From assembly GCF_026571515.1 (NCBI RefSeq), contig NW_026860107.1, positions 62,001 through 126,000 on the forward strand: a stretch of DNA of 64,000 bases, given 5' to 3'. A program made the translations under genes and the position numbers. Of this stretch, positions 26,094-41,100 are shown piece by piece. How positions within the stretch are numbered: the stretch's first letter is position 1; each line of letters starts with the position of its first letter. Under the pieces are notes generated by a model that was given only the letters and a program-made list of their open reading frames with translations, made no database searches and was not told the origin of the DNA. Source of the DNA: Ruditapes philippinarum (lineage: Eukaryota).

Positions 26094-29000
26094 AGTAACT
26101 AAACAACATTATTTAAAACTTTGCTTTCCAACATTTATTGTCTCATGGCTGAAAGATAATACATACGACGTGCACAATTCAACTTAAAAAAAAAACAATG
26201 TTCAGCTTTTACTTTTGTTTCATAAAAATGCAAATTCAGAAAATATGATTGTATTTAAATGGCATCACAATTTCGATCTTTACATTGGTTTTCGAGGATT
26301 TATTTTGACTATCCCGGAGCAGCATTCCAATAAGTTGCACTTTTGAAATTCTGACAAATTTTCCCATTAAGGACTATCAACCTTACAGACAAGATTAAGT
26401 AGAATAGAAAGCAGAAAAGGCAATTTTGTATTCCTATGGCGTACCACTAGACAAACATTTATGTCTCAATAGACGCTTTTGACATTCAAAACCTTTCCCT
26501 CGATTATTATTGTAAAGGAATTTAAGGGTGTGGTGAAACAATAAGGTATCGATAATTTGAACATTCCCTAGCAAAATTATAACATCTCATGATTATACCG
26601 GAAACACTACAAGTATAGTAAGGTTTTCTTTCCTATTTTTGTTTTTCTATTTCTTACTTTGGTTTCATTTTTTTACTGCGAGACACGTGATTAAATTTAT
26701 TATTGTATAATTTATATTATTCCGTCTTTGACCAAATAAATAGGACAGGCGTACATTTCATATTTAAACGCTCAATAGAACAAGTTTTGTATATTAAGAT
26801 ATAATACAGCCTTTTAAATTTTATCAAATATTTTCTGTTTTGTTCTAGATTAAAATATTATTTACAAGCAAATATAACTATAAAATATCAAGGGTCAACT
26901 TCTCCTGCAAAAAAAAGAACAAAAAGCAAGGGTAAAATTAAAAAAGGAAAAGAAAAAAAGTTTGATGAAAGAAGTAGAATTGAAGCATGAATTAAGGCAG
27001 TTCCTGGTTTGCTGTTAAAGAAATGTGCCTTTTTGCTTCATGTCAATCAGCATTGCAATATTGCTAACTGGTCACCATCATTGACAAAGGTATGTCCCAC
27101 GTGGTTACAACATGACCCTATTAGGGTTCAAATGGCCATGTAAAAAGGTCAATTTCAAGCTGCTTAATTTTATTTCGGTATAGAATACGTATACAATGAC
27201 ATTTAAAATATTATATATGGTACATGCAATATTGCCATGCTGCTTGGTCATATCTCAGACAAAACTTTTATCTTTACTCTTGGTATTCAGACTGAAGACA
27301 AAAGTCATCGCCTCGGAGAAACGCCATTAAAAAGGTTTTAAACAAATGTTTCTCAACATTTAGTAAGATTTTTTCAACTTAAAGTTTCTTAATTAAATGT
27401 CAAAATTAAAATGATATAAAATGACCCAATACAATTATATCAAACACCTCTGTTACATTTTTTAACATTGTCACCATTTTTATCTTGTTAAAACATCAAT
27501 TATTCTAGTGAAAATTTAATTAAAAAGATTGAGGACTTAAAAGATCGATAAATCTCCATATAAACTTGTTCGCGGCCATATCGGCCCGTATAATTCATCT
27601 TATATTGCACCCCTATAGCTTTGCTTTTTGTGTGTTCTTGAAAAACTGTTTCTAAGAAATTAAATAATTTATTACTTTTTTACCTTGTTTTCTTTGAATT
27701 CGTGTCCCAGTTTGTTGACGATGAAATACAAAAAACAGGCATTTTTTACAATTATGGTAAATACTTGTTAATTATAATTTGCAAATACTTGTAATGGAGT
27801 GAATTACGGGATAAAACCGGAACTTGAAATAATACGGTTAACACTGATAAAGATATTTTGAGTCTTATTTTATTTAAATCGCAAAAGGGACAAGACGTAT
27901 AATTGCTAAAGAAATGAAACGTTGTAGCACTTTTCTTTCTGAAATGAGTTTTCAATTTCTCAAGTGAGCATGAAATGAATTTCTCTGTGTTTTGAACATG
28001 CATGATTAAATAATGACAATAGCTAACTTTTAATTAATAAAAAGCTGACCTTTGATCTACCATTATTATTTTATTTAAAAATCACCGATTCACGTAATGA
28101 AATAATGATAACACATACATAATATTATACAATTGTTTATGTTTATTCAATTCCAATTGTTTTTTTATATGATCAAATATGTAATGTTAAATAATAATGT
28201 ACATGTATTCATAAACAAATAAGTCCAGCTAAATTTAATAGGATTTAATCAGTTTTTGCACTAAAGTAACGTTGTGGTTGAGTCTAAGATTTTATTTTAA
28301 ATTATCTGCAAAAGGTATTCCCTTCTTATGGTTTAAAGTATGATCTCCAAGACTAAAATGTCTGTCTACCGCTTTCTAATTTGACGTTAAACTGTATATG
28401 GAGGATATGTGATCGTCTTGAGAAAATATGCTATATATAGAAGTGAAAATGTGCAATATTTTCTGAAAATAATTGATATAAATTGGATATTTTCTCATTT
28501 GGATATGTGATATATAGCATTTTCAAAGGAACACACGAATATTCTGTATATTTCATGACATATAAGCAATATAAGAGTAATTTGTGACCGTTTTCTTTGA
28601 AGCGCGAAAAAAAAACACGTTAAGAAATATGACGTTATATGTTCATCGTTGACGAGAACAAAGGTACTTAAAGTTTGAAGTCATTATTGTGGAGTAACTT
28701 TCAACAATGTTACACTGGTTAGAATATAATAAAATGTATTATGCATCCACGTAGAATCATTATTTGAATTAATGGTATCTTTATCAAACATTTTATCCAT
28801 GGGAACGCTATGTGTCGTCTTTAATTGTAAACATCATAAAAATAGGTAAAAGTTATTTTATAACTTAATCTGCATTTAAAAAGCATTCCAAAAAGTTGTC
28901 AACAAGATAAAAAACATTATGTACATCTGATCTTCATTTAAAAATGTCCATATGAATTAAAAACAAAGTTGCACATATGTATTGAATGCAATAGCGAACA

Positions 29001-30844
29001 ACTATTAATATCAATGTTAGCAGTAAACTATATATTGTTTCAATCTTATTTTAAATGTAAGCTGATACCATGATACTAATATATTTCAATAGCTTCGCAA
29101 TTACAGAAAACAGCAGCGATTTCTTTTTGTTTCAAGCTCATCTTTATATCAAGTGTAGAAATTATCCTATGACCGCTGCATGATTCTATTTTCAAAACTC
29201 TTTTATGTTGAATTGATCTTTTACAAACAGTGTATATAACATATACATTTGCAATGTTCACCTGAACACAAAAACATTCGGTAATTCCTCGATTTATTAT
29301 GCCAAAACACACGCTTTATATTTTATCACAGCTTATAATTCATAAAAGTATCTAAGTACTGATTTACGACGTATAATTGTGTTACCATATCAATCGTTTT
29401 GGAACCTTGTATCACATTGTATCTTTATACGCACTTTTATTATAACTCTTTCCCCCGATTGAATTTCTCAAGTAGTTCATTTCATATAATAACTTGTGTT
29501 GCTCCTTTACAAATCTAAATTGGTCTATACACTTTGTACCGCTGATGTATGCCTTTCTATGGGAGTTATTCCTATAAAATTGAACAAACACAACAGTCAG
29601 TGCTGAGATGGACAACAGTTTTGATTAAATGTGATATCAAGAAGGGAACCTTTGCGAATGAGTGATTGTGCTAAGCTGATAATGCTTTTTTAAAGTTAAA
29701 TGTCTAAATTAAATATGCAGAAAAATTAATCCTTACTTTTCAATAACTTTACTTTATATTATTTCAAATAATTCGGCAACACTTCTTTTGGATCTTTTTC
29801 TTAATTAAAATGAGAATTTTTGTTTATTTCGAGAGATTAAATTCATATACAAACTGGTTTGCGATAGTGGTTGATTCTATATTACTTTTATCTATTTTTT
29901 AAATGGATATTTACCAATAGAAGGCAAAATTAGCGATAGTCGAAATAGCATGGCTCCCAAAATAAAGCGAGTTTAAAAACAGATTTTAAATTATTTCTTT
30001 CAAAAATGTGAAATAAAAATGTAAATATATAATGAAGAAAGTTACTGCACACAACATGCTGATATGCATACTCAAGTAGGAAAATGCATAGAGTAATTAA
30101 GGGGTCAATTTTTTTTTAATACGAAAAATGTTCTTCATTAATTTTAAGTTAGCGATTTAGTCTGAAAGATAATTATAACTAGTGTAATTGTTTAAAAAAA
30201 TATTATTAAAAACATCAACTGAAGATATACTATACAATTAAGCATGGTTATCCATCAGAATGCGATTGTATTATGAAATGTCGAAACGATTGTTGATATT
30301 TATCGAGACATTTTTTTTTTTTAGATATATTTTAAATATTATTAAAACTTGAAAAGAAAATAATCGTAATATTTAGAAAGACCAAAACAGACCGAAACAT
30401 TGTTGAAGCACAAATAATTATTATGGTTTAAATAAATTAATGAAAAAAGAATCATTTCCCAACGCAACACAATACCTTAAGAAGCACAAAAATATTAAAG
30501 CAAAATTCCGGCAGAGAATCGATATTTTGAAAAGTTTAGACTGAGAATTTAAGCCATATTGGGATCAAAGTCAATATGACAGTACGATATAAACTGTTTT
30601 ATCTTAGTAGGAGTGTTCTTGTTTATTGAATAAAAGGAAACATGGTATGATCTCTTATGTTGTCAACAGTCATATACGCCATTTAGTCGGATGCAGATAT
30701 TTATAATTTTTTTGCGGGTGTAAACCATGCTGTTTACACTTTCAAGTTGACATCATATTAATTTGATTCAATATGGTACCAACTAATGTTTAACACTACA
30801 TTTAATTTTATGACACAGTTTAATATCACGACACAAGTGCATGA

Positions 30845-30900
30845 CTCTTATCGCTGGCATAACACATATATCTTAATATGGATACAAGAACTTTATATAA
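30845..30900 (+). promoter_or_regulatory. Putative proximal promoter of the C1qDC genes (GATA-type CTTATC plus TATATAA ~55 nt upstream of the ATG)
   Basis: CTCTTATCGCTGGCAT is conserved upstream of all five copies; TATATAA is present in copies 2-5 (TGTATAA in copy 1). The TSS is unknown. Confidence 0.3.
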
Positions 30901-30954
30901 TCGGCAAGTTAGTCTGCACCAGGCCACTGTTAGATAATATTTGACAATTTGAAG

Positions 30955-33900
30955 ATGCCAGTTAACTTCGTTGTTTCTATATTTCTAATTGTGTTCATCG
31001 TGGATGTATCATGCACAGTAAAAACAGATGATACAGAGATTCTGTCGATGATTAAAGAATTGAAAGACACAGGTATGCTATGTGACTTTACAGTTAATTG
31101 ATTAAAAAAATTATTTAACTCAATATTCTTTTTTCCCAAATCTTGCACATATCGATATCCTTTAATCTAAAATAAAGATTCAAAAATGTTATAAGTTTAA
31201 GATATCAACAACATTTATGATATACGTGATCTGAGACCAATTTGTTTTGCCATCAGCAAGAAAGAGAATGCAATCGAAATAAATTATGGAAAAGAAGATT
31301 TTAAGATGTGTTATATAATATCATTTACATCATATATTTTAGTGACGTCGCATGAGCATGCAATCCGATCATTGAAAGAGCGTGTAGCAGAACATGAAAA
31401 TGTTATCATAACACTTAAAGACAAAGACAAGCAACAACAGGACGCTATTAACTATCTCATGAACGAATTGCTATTTAAATCAATACAAAATGAGCTTGCA
31501 AACCCTTCAAAGGAACAAACACTGCGACAAACCAAAGAGCATAAAGAAATTTCTGACATATCAGACACATTACGCGATGAAAGTCAACTGAACATTCGGA
31601 AAGATGGTATAAGATCATCCAAATCCAAGTCTGAAATACTCTCAAACATAGCACACAACGCAGGTGAGAACAATGCACAGTTAACTTTGATACAGAAAGA
31701 TGTCAATTTAAAGTTAAGAGGCATGAAGATTTACAACATCTTCAATATTATCATATTTCTTCAACTTTTATATATATTGTTGTTAAGGCAAAATAATAAA
31801 GTTGGTTATAAAAAATTTAAGTAAACAAATGCTTTAAACAACGTCACAAAAAATACAAATTATTTCCACTTTAAAGGGGCTACACTGAGGTCTGACAGGT
31901 AATTTGGTGTCCAAAAAAAATGTAAACAAATTTCCTCACAAATCACAATATTATGACTAAAATAACAATAACTTACACTTTAACCAACCCTCTAACAACA
32001 ATTATGCTAGAAAATGCATTTTCACATTAGCTTTTGATGCAAAAATGAAAGTTGGTTTTTCCCAGACATGTACAGAAGTTACCCACAATTCATCGGGTAT
32101 AACTAAAATACGCAACGGACATTTTTTGGAACAACAGAGTAAACGGGGGTAAAAAAGTCTATTGATTTTTTCTCAACACTCTAACCTATCATGTTTATAT
32201 AACGAAGAAAAAACTGTATAAAGATAATCAGGTAGCAATTTCGATGTCTTTGAAAAAATCAAACGCCAGCGAAGCGGACATTTTTAGACAAAACGGAAAG
32301 ATATTATATACATGTACAATAATTTTCATTGACTTTTCAGTTTTCAATTTGAATATTCTAAGGCAAACATAATGCATCGGTGATATTTATACTATAACGA
32401 GCACAGTGTAATCACACTAATAAAAAGTATTTAACGCTATCTATAACGTATTTAAATCAAATACAGTTAATGACATGTCTCATTTGATTTGATTTGATTG
32501 TTTGTTTTTGGGATGGAGTGGGGGTTTCGTCACACAAAACTGTGTAGGTCATTTTGGCGACTCTTCAGTTTTACTGGTGGAGTAAGAACTCAGATGCCCC
32601 CTTTGCAAAATTGTTTCTGGCACAAACGGGCATCTGTGTATGTAATGAGTGACGTTTCGTAGGCTATCTTGATAGGATCGTACATACATGTTCCACACAC
32701 AATTACATCATGTTCATAACATAGGCAAAATTAAATGCACGTTCCCTGTTGTAACAATATGAAAACCCATAAAAAACCTATGAACCAGCTTCTGAATATG
32801 GCATTTCTATCGTTATTCCACAAAAAGCACCCCCCCCCCCCCAAAAAAAAAAAAAAGAATGAGAACATCAATGACCATGCTCTGGAGTGTTGGGAACTAT
32901 TACCTGCACTCCAGTTACGCAATGTGCATGTATATGAATGACACGTTTTCAACAGAAAAGTCTTCAAACTATGATACAATAAATGTTGACGATTCTATTA
33001 GAAACTTGTTTAGAATTTAATGATTTTTCGGTGAAAACGATATCGTTTACTTGTACTACAGATAAGATCAAAGTGCTGAAGGCACTGAAGAAAAAACCGG
33101 ATAAACTAACACATTTTCACTCCAGTTTCACAGGTAATTAATTTTATATGTCGCGGTTTACATCTTAATATCAGGTAACCTTTTGCTTTTTGTGACTTTT
33201 GTTTTTGAATATAATCTATACGAGTAAAAATAAAACCCTCTTTTTATTGGCAAATAATTTAATAAGTAGCATCCCCGATTTCTCTTTCATAAATTGGCTT
33301 TAGCAAATTCTTTTCTATTCAAATATTAAGAACATTCTGTCAGTGACGTGTCTTCTACTTGAAATCTTCCTGGTGTGTATTTTTCAGGTAACAGGAAGAA
33401 AAATGACAATCTGTTTCGTATCTTTTCGGTAACAGGAAGAAAATGACAGTCTGTTTTCATTTGATCATGACTTGTGAAAAATTATGTTTTCTGAACCAAT
33501 TTATCCTGCCGATAAAGATTTTGCAAGCAATCTGGTGGTTTATGTTCTAGTGCTTACCCTTAGTATTTAATTCCAAAGAACATTTCCTAGAAGACCTTTA
33601 ACGTTTGATTACGGTATAATCACTATAACCGAAATACTTAGGCCTGTTACTGTGAAAATTTTTCGTTCATGTGTTTTAAAATACTTCAGTAGCTCTATAA
33701 ATTTTTCAAAAACGATATCCAGTATTTCCGAAACAATTTACAAAGGCTTTTAATACACAATCTTATAAATCTTAAAGTATTACGAGAACCACCCACCTAA
33801 TCTCCAGAACATACATACGAAAAACAAGATAAATCAAAAAGGCTGCAAGCTCTGTGGTATTTTTCTGATCTTTGCAATCTAAATCGCACTGTATAAACTG

Positions 33901-36900
33901 TATTATTTTCCTGTATAAGTTTATTTTTATGTACTTATAATTCTTCTTGCTTGGTACCAGAGTTTGATACATATGGAATTTTGCATGACTAGAGTTGCAT
34001 CAAAAATCATTTATGTTCATTTTCATGACAGCCCACACTTTATCCTTGCATATCGTGGCTGTTTCCATAAAACAAAGAAACTTTATAAAAAATAATTGCA
34101 TTGAATTGGATTTGAACCCCAGACACACTAAACGAGCGCGTTACCCTTTGCACCACGGAGAAGATATACGAACAATGCCTGAATAAAATCAAGTGATACT
34201 AAATTTAGATTTTCCATTGCATTTCGGGCTAATTTCGAGGTTTTTTGTTTCAAGATAAACCTGTTGTTTAACATTTGATGTTAATAATTTAACAAAAACT
34301 CTTCTCGCCAAAACAGTCCGACATGTATATATTCCACTACTCGCCAGTCAGATTTATTTATGAAATACGCTCTCGACATCGCTTAAAATAGCATTTTCAT
34401 CCACATGACCAAGCAACACAGGACCACGGCTAAAGTATCAATGAAAAATTTAATTTTTCAGGCTTTCAAGTGGTAAATATAAAAGACTAAAAAAAAAAGG
34501 AAAAAAAGGAAGAAAGAAGAGACAAAAGTAGAGAAAAGTAAAGGTTTTAGTGCTATAAAGCAAGAAAAGCAGGGTTCTCTTCCTAACTTTTTATGCAATG
34601 AAATGCATCCGATCAATATTTAGCCGTTGCAGTTTTTGAAACAAGTCACTCGTGTTTTTCAAAATCGTCGGGAAATGAACCTGACCTTTTTTATCAAAAT
34701 ATTTACAAAACTATTAACAATGGGAGTATGCCATGATAAACAGGCTATAAGGAGTAAAAACAATGGTTAAGATATGCATTGCCCTTTCCCAAGTTTGTAT
34801 ACCGTCTAGGAGTTGGAAGTAATTATAGAATATAGTTTCAGCAATGGTTGTTGTATGAGGTGAGGTTAATAATTAATATTCTTACTGAATTCTTAAAGTT
34901 ACTTTTACTTACCTGCCCTTCACAATTGTCTTGCAAGTATCATGATTTTGTTTGTTTCGTTAAATTTGAAAGAAAGTTAGGGTTTAAAAAAGAACAACTA
35001 TATAATCAGTTTTTAAGTTTATTTCACTAGTCCCGACAATAACCTGCTGTGGAAGCTTGACTGTGTCGGGGGGCTGCCGTCCTGTGAACGTTGGCGTCGC
35101 CTTGATTGTCTTTATTCCAGTTTTCCTTTTTTACTCTTATAACGCTCTCAATTTCTTTTTCCACCGAGAAGCTTCAAATATATTGTTAACATTAAAGCAC
35201 AGCTCAATTGACCCATCACTGGTACGGATGCCTTCCAATAAGAAAGAAATTTATCAGGATATCTGCTAAATCAAATAATGATAATAATAATATTAATAGA
35301 GCCAGATTGTAACTCTTTTCCGACCTTCTTGATAATGTTTACCATGTGCATGAAACAGTTTCAATTACCTATAGTTTTGAATGTCTAGATCAAAAACGTA
35401 GTAATCATCTCATCAACAAAGTTTACATCCAATGCGGATAAATATGCAAATATGTATGTAAAATGATAAAATATTTAAATTTCAGATCTATCTAGCAAAG
35501 AAGATCGATTTTTTTTTTCTTATAGAATTTTTTATTTTATGCACTAGACATACATAAGAATTATTAACTAATAAAGTTGAAGCCTAAATGTCCTATAATG
35601 AGACTGGATTCATTCTCTATTTAGCCTGTGCTTTCAGTGCTTTGATCAGAGTTAAAGAGAAATATCTGGAATAACATTCTGTGTGTGCGTGTGATTTTTT
35701 ATGCTTACAATACTCAAGTTCATGTTCGTTGTATAAAAGGTATTATTTTTTTTTAAGTTTTTTTTTTCCTGAACGGGTGTCAGATAAACCAAAGTGACCT
35801 TTGAAATAGGACCCATTACACTGATTGACAAAATTTTCTAAGCCTAGATATCATGATATTTTAACCATTACAAAGTTAATACATACTATTTAACAATTAC
35901 ACGAAAGCTCTCAAATAAACATAGAATATTGGTAAAATTTGTGTTATACTATGTCAGTTTTCAACTCCGTACGTTTAGCTAAATTCATCATTGTAATGGA
36001 GAAAAAAACATGATTACAACAATGTAATGCTTTAAATATATTGAAATTGCTTTTGAAAGATTTTTCTCACAAGAACATATGTGAACAACAAGAAATTTAA
36101 CAAACAAACCCATAATTTGCTTTAAAATTTATGGATTGTTGGTATATTCCACTTTCGCACTTTCGTTGCTGCCGATACACAAAAAATTCTCCGTTTCGCT
36201 TTTTAGTCATCCCGATAATCATCACGTGACCGTTGTTTTTATTCAGATTTGCAAGCTGAAAGGTGTTTAAACGCTTTTCCCACAAAATTGGAGAAAATAT
36301 GTATTTCAAACGACTTGCCAATCCAAAGAACACATATCAATGTATCACTGATTCTGTTTGAATGTCCCTAACACGCAGGTAACAAAAAATTATCGGTTCG
36401 TGAAATTTTACTTTTTTTTGTGACATTCGGCCGTACCTCAGTGGAGTACCTTTAACTTCAGACGATTTGAGGCCCAGCAGACAATCTATACATCCAAACA
36501 TCGCTTTTCAGGCAGTACTTAGTGTAACCACACTCACAAATGTTGGGCTGCATCAGAAGATTGTGTATGACTCTGTTAACCTAAATCTTGGCGGCGGCTA
36601 TCATCACCTTTCAGGCATCTTCATTGCCCCTGTTTCTGGCATATATATGTTTTGTACATCTGTATTATCAGAATATCATGCCTATATTGAAGTTGGAATA
36701 ATAAAAAATGGTAATCAGCTAGCCGGTGCTTATGCAAAATCTGGTGGGCAATCTACCTATGACCAGGGGGCTGCTTCTGTTGCCATGCAATTAAATATCG
36801 GTGACGAAGTTTGGGTTGAAAATCGTTGGCCAGCAGACGCACAAATACGTGGTCAAGGTTTGCATACAAGTTTTACTGGTGTTCTTGTTGTGCCAATGTG

Positions 36901-36901
36901 A
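30955..36901 (+). CDS. Secreted coiled-coil C1q domain-containing protein, copy 2 (292 aa); intron 2 carries a 4.6 kb transposon
   Basis: Exons 30955-31072, 31343-31663 and 36462-36901 (879 nt, GT-AG, phase 1/1, no stops). Confidence 0.85.
32480..32670 (-). mobile_element. Degenerate 3' half of the tRNA-SINE family seen at 58862
   Basis: Aligns to the reverse complement of 58975-59136 (e.g. TTTACTGGTGGAG, TAGGTCAT, GGCAC..ACGGGCA). Confidence 0.7.
34087..34163 (-). ncRNA. tRNA-like Pol III cassette inside the Kolobok-type element
   Basis: Minus strand: A-box-like TGGTGCAAAGGGT, B box GGTTCAAATCC, then a T6 run. Homologous to 1700-1786 but with a deletion in the anticodon arm. Confidence 0.5.
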
Positions 36902-38146
36902 AATGAAACAATTAGATGATTAAACTTTGTTACTGGTTCTGAATTTTGTTATATCTTACTAAATTGTACATGATTTTAATATATAACGATAAACGAGCTC
37001 CTCCCTTTACATTAATGGTTTATATTTGTGTACACAGAATAATATGGTTTACAAATTGAATGTTCCTTAGGGGGGGTCATATAAATATCACACCACGCTT
37101 AGCGAGATATGGCAAAAGGAACATATGACATGTTATTTCAACTGAGATCTGAGGGTCATTTGGTTGTGTAATCATGTGATATTATGATTATTATAGCAAA
37201 TGAACCACGTGATGTATAACAAAATTTAGTTTCTTATAATTTAAATAAAACTCAATGATAGAAAAAAAATCTAAGAATTGTTAAAAATGGAAAACAAACA
37301 AACGCAAATTCATCATATGTTTAAAAAAAGTTTATGAATAAAACGTTTAACTTATCAAAATTAGGCTTTGAACCAGATCGAGCTTTACTAGTATAATTTC
37401 TGTTGAAAACGTGTATAGATATACATAACTGGAGTGCAGGTATTAGTTATCCGCATACCAAAGCATACCCATTTATTGGCTCATTTTTCCTTGAGGTCAC
37501 TTATTGTGAAGGCAGAGATAGAACTATCATATTTAGATGCTCATTCATTGGTTACCCTTTTCTGGGGTTTTATATTGAGAAAACAGGGAACGTTTTTATA
37601 TTGTTGCCTGATACAAAACATTAAAAAAACACGGCAATCTGATTAATACTCAGAGGCTACGCCCCTCGTACAAATCAGATACCCTTGTGTTTCGATGCTC
37701 TTTCTATTACTTTTATATCTTTTCTTGCTCTTTACTAATGTGTATGTAATTGTCAACATATTTAGGAAGTAAATATACTAGTATATGATGTTGGAAAAGA
37801 ATGACCATAATTATATCAGACATATCTGAAGTCTGCCTTTCATATATAATCAAAAAAGAACTGTATTGTAATAGGTGATATATAAAATTACTCGTGCTGT
37901 AGAATTGAACATACATGTATAATGGAATTTGAGGAAAAGGAATTATATGACAGCAATTTACTGAAATACAGATTAACATTGCAAAGGCTTTATTCAAAGC
38001 TGACTCTGTCTTATTAGTAACGTTTTAAACTTATGACATCTGAGACAATCCTGATATTAAGTCAATAATACCACACATTTCTTATCTTTCATTCCATGAT
38101 CTGTTGTAAACATTAACATTAATAAAATAAACATTAATACCCTTAC

Positions 38147-41100
38147 CTTCTCTTTCTGCTTCCTGTCACGTTCCTCTATACGTTTTTGTTTCCTCTCATT
38201 CTTCAGTTCTTCTTCTTTCTTCTTCTTAGCTTCCCTTTCTTCCTTCTCTTTCAGTCTTTTATTTTTCCTCTCAATTCATCATCGACTTATTTCTGCTTTC
38301 TTTTTCTTTCTAATTCATTTTTTCTCTTCTCTGATACTTCCTTCTTCTTAGCGGCTAGGTCCTCTTTTTCCTACATAAATAGGAATTGAAAATTAGTATA
38401 ACTTGTATATTGGGATATTTTGTTACAAAACATGTTTGCTATCGTTCTTTACTGTTAAGATACGAATATTCACAAAAAAAATGCATACTTAAGCATAGAA
38501 ATGATTACAAAAATCTAGATAATTCAACTTTTCTGGAAAATATATCGCAATAAGATAAAATTTCGTGATATGTACCTTCAATTACTCATAAATTAAAAAT
38601 GGGTTACGATATATGTTTTGAAATGTTTTTAAATTATCGCAATGACAGTTATGTATACGACATGCAGTCGTATTACTACCATAGCGTTTATAGTTAATCG
38701 AGAAACAACGCAGGCAAACCTTTAATTGATTCAACATTTCTTGGCCACTTATGAGCCTTCCCTCTGCTACCACTCTAGACTTTTTTGCTTGTGTGTTCTG
38801 TGGTTTAGTTGGCGGAGGTAGAAGAACATTTTCCAGAGACTCTGATATCATGCCTCTCCTTACCAATGGATTGGTAAGGAACGACCCACAGGTGCTACAT
38901 GTCCTTACCTCATCTACTTCTAAAAACAATGCAAATATTGTTAAAGTATTAAAAAATTATATATCAAATATTTACTGCTTTCTTGAAGTGTGTTTAGATA
39001 TTACGAAATATAAAAAGAATTACTTTATCCGATAGTTTCTTTTTTTTTGTTTATTTGTTTTTGTTGTTTTATTTTTTGTTTGTTTGGGGTTTTTTTTTTT
39101 GGCAGAAAAACTGCCTTACCGGTACTAATTAAATTTACAAACAAATGCATCGTACTCGGCAAGTTTTACCTTCAATAAATGTTGGCTTCACTATTTGCGT
39201 TTGATCAATGATAGAGGGGTTAAATGGACAAATCCCTGTTTTCGTGAAGCCGTCAGCTATAGTTGCAGGAGCGATTTTGTCCATTGCGTGCTTTAATAAA
39301 ACCGGGAATTTTGCCCTTCCTACGCTTACTGCAGTTTTTAGATATCCAAGACTTGACAGTGTTTTGGTGTAAGCGTCCTTCAAAGGTGATATACTCTGAA
39401 AGCATTTAACACATTCATCTAAAATGTTTGAAATTTAAAAGTTTCACATGTGTGCAGTTACAATAAACTTATCAATACTAAATGTATTATAAACGATAAT
39501 TTAGTTTGATGATTAGATTGTTTAGAACGCCCGGCACTCTTTTCTTAGCGAGATGTACATATTTTTGTTCGTACTGAATAGCAATTTAAGTAAAATATGT
39601 TACTAAAACATCAAATCATATTTCCCAAAGCAAATAGTGGTTACATAAACTTGTATATTACATGATTTTGTAAGCTGACTAATTATTACAAACTTACGTT
39701 CACGTCTAAAGGCTGAAGAATATGCGTGGAATGACCAGGGAGACCAAGAAGAACAATATTTTCAGCTATCGCCTTTTCAACTACTGGAATGCTAATATGA
39801 GAGTCGTGGTTATCCATGATAAGTAGGACGGGTCTTGTTCTGCCACAGTTTGGAACAAACACGCTGAAAAACCATTTTGTGAAAAGTTCACGGTCCATGT
39901 AGCCGTTTTCGCTGTGGCCAAAATACCATGACGACGGTACACTATCTGTGTAATTCTGGTGAGGTAATGAACCCTGTAATAGAAAGTACACGATAGAAAA
40001 CGTATCACTGTATATCAGTATAGAGTATAGTATACATGATAATTTTATACAGTTATATTGTACATGTAAATAGAATTATACTTTCTTCAAAGCGTTATCG
40101 CTAGCAAATGCATACTTAATAAAATACCTTGTAAATTATAAGAGGTGGTAGAAAGTGTCCATCTGCTGAGACACAATGATGTGCTGTCACGTGATCTGCT
40201 GAAGACGTCTTTCTTCTAAACAAATGCCCTCCACGAGGCCCGATTACTTTCGACCTAGGTGCCTCTTTTCCTGTTAATCCAGTTTCGTCACAATTGAAGA
40301 TCTAATAATAAAACATAACAGTTACTTAAATTATGTTTACACGGTATGCTTATTATAACGATCCGTTGTTGAATATTCTGTGTTACCTGTTTTTTCATAT
40401 TTCATATGAACATATTTTATGTATCAAATGCCATAATATATAAAAAGAGTAATATATGTAAAAGAGATAATTAGTTCGTTATAGAACGATTATTCTATAT
40501 AAGTGCCAACATAAACAATGCTTACTCTTTCTGGTTTGTTTTTCAAGTTGTATTTATCAAGAACAGACTTGAGAAGAGGAAAAAATTTGTCAAGCATCCT
40601 TTTAGATGACATGGATACTCGGGCATTGTCCATGTTTTCTGCCTTTCTTTGAGCCAAGTCTTGATGCCGCCCGAAAAACTTTGTGAACCAATCATCAGAG
40701 GGTCCTTTTTGTAGATTAAACAGTGACGTACGGCCTGAAAAATTGCAACAAATAACAGTACTTTAAACAGAACTATATTTTCATTGTACTTGAATATTGA
40801 TGTAAGAATTCTTTAAAATTCGTTCAAAATATGATTATGATAGACACATTATAATTGGTCGAGTAGATTCTAAAATTAAACCCGCAAATTAATCATGGAA
40901 CATTTTATATTACAAAACACACCTGATTGTATAACTATCTCTTGTATGTAACACCTGATCATAGCCCTGAAAAGTGGAAAGCCTTGATTCGCCATGTATA
41001 AGAGATACTGGACAAGGGAGTCCTCTTCGTGTTGTAGTTGCTGTCTTTCTGGTCCAGGTCTGTTTCCCGAGTACTTGTGTCTCACTTTGTCAGAGAGAGT

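Larger units (their letters stand above)
31875..36451. mobile_element. Non-autonomous Kolobok-type DNA transposon (TTAA TSD, AG...CT ends)
   Basis: TTAA at 31871-31874 and 36452-36455. Imperfect 16 bp TIR: AGGGGCTACACTGAGG vs AGGTACTCCACTGAGG. The empty site CCACT-TTAA-CTTCAG is seen in copy 5 (~62844-62858). No transposase ORF. Confidence 0.85.

Noticed and set aside
38186-39035. Plus-strand ORFs (F/L/S-rich 67 aa; 94 aa)
   Set aside because: Antisense of transposase exons 6-7.
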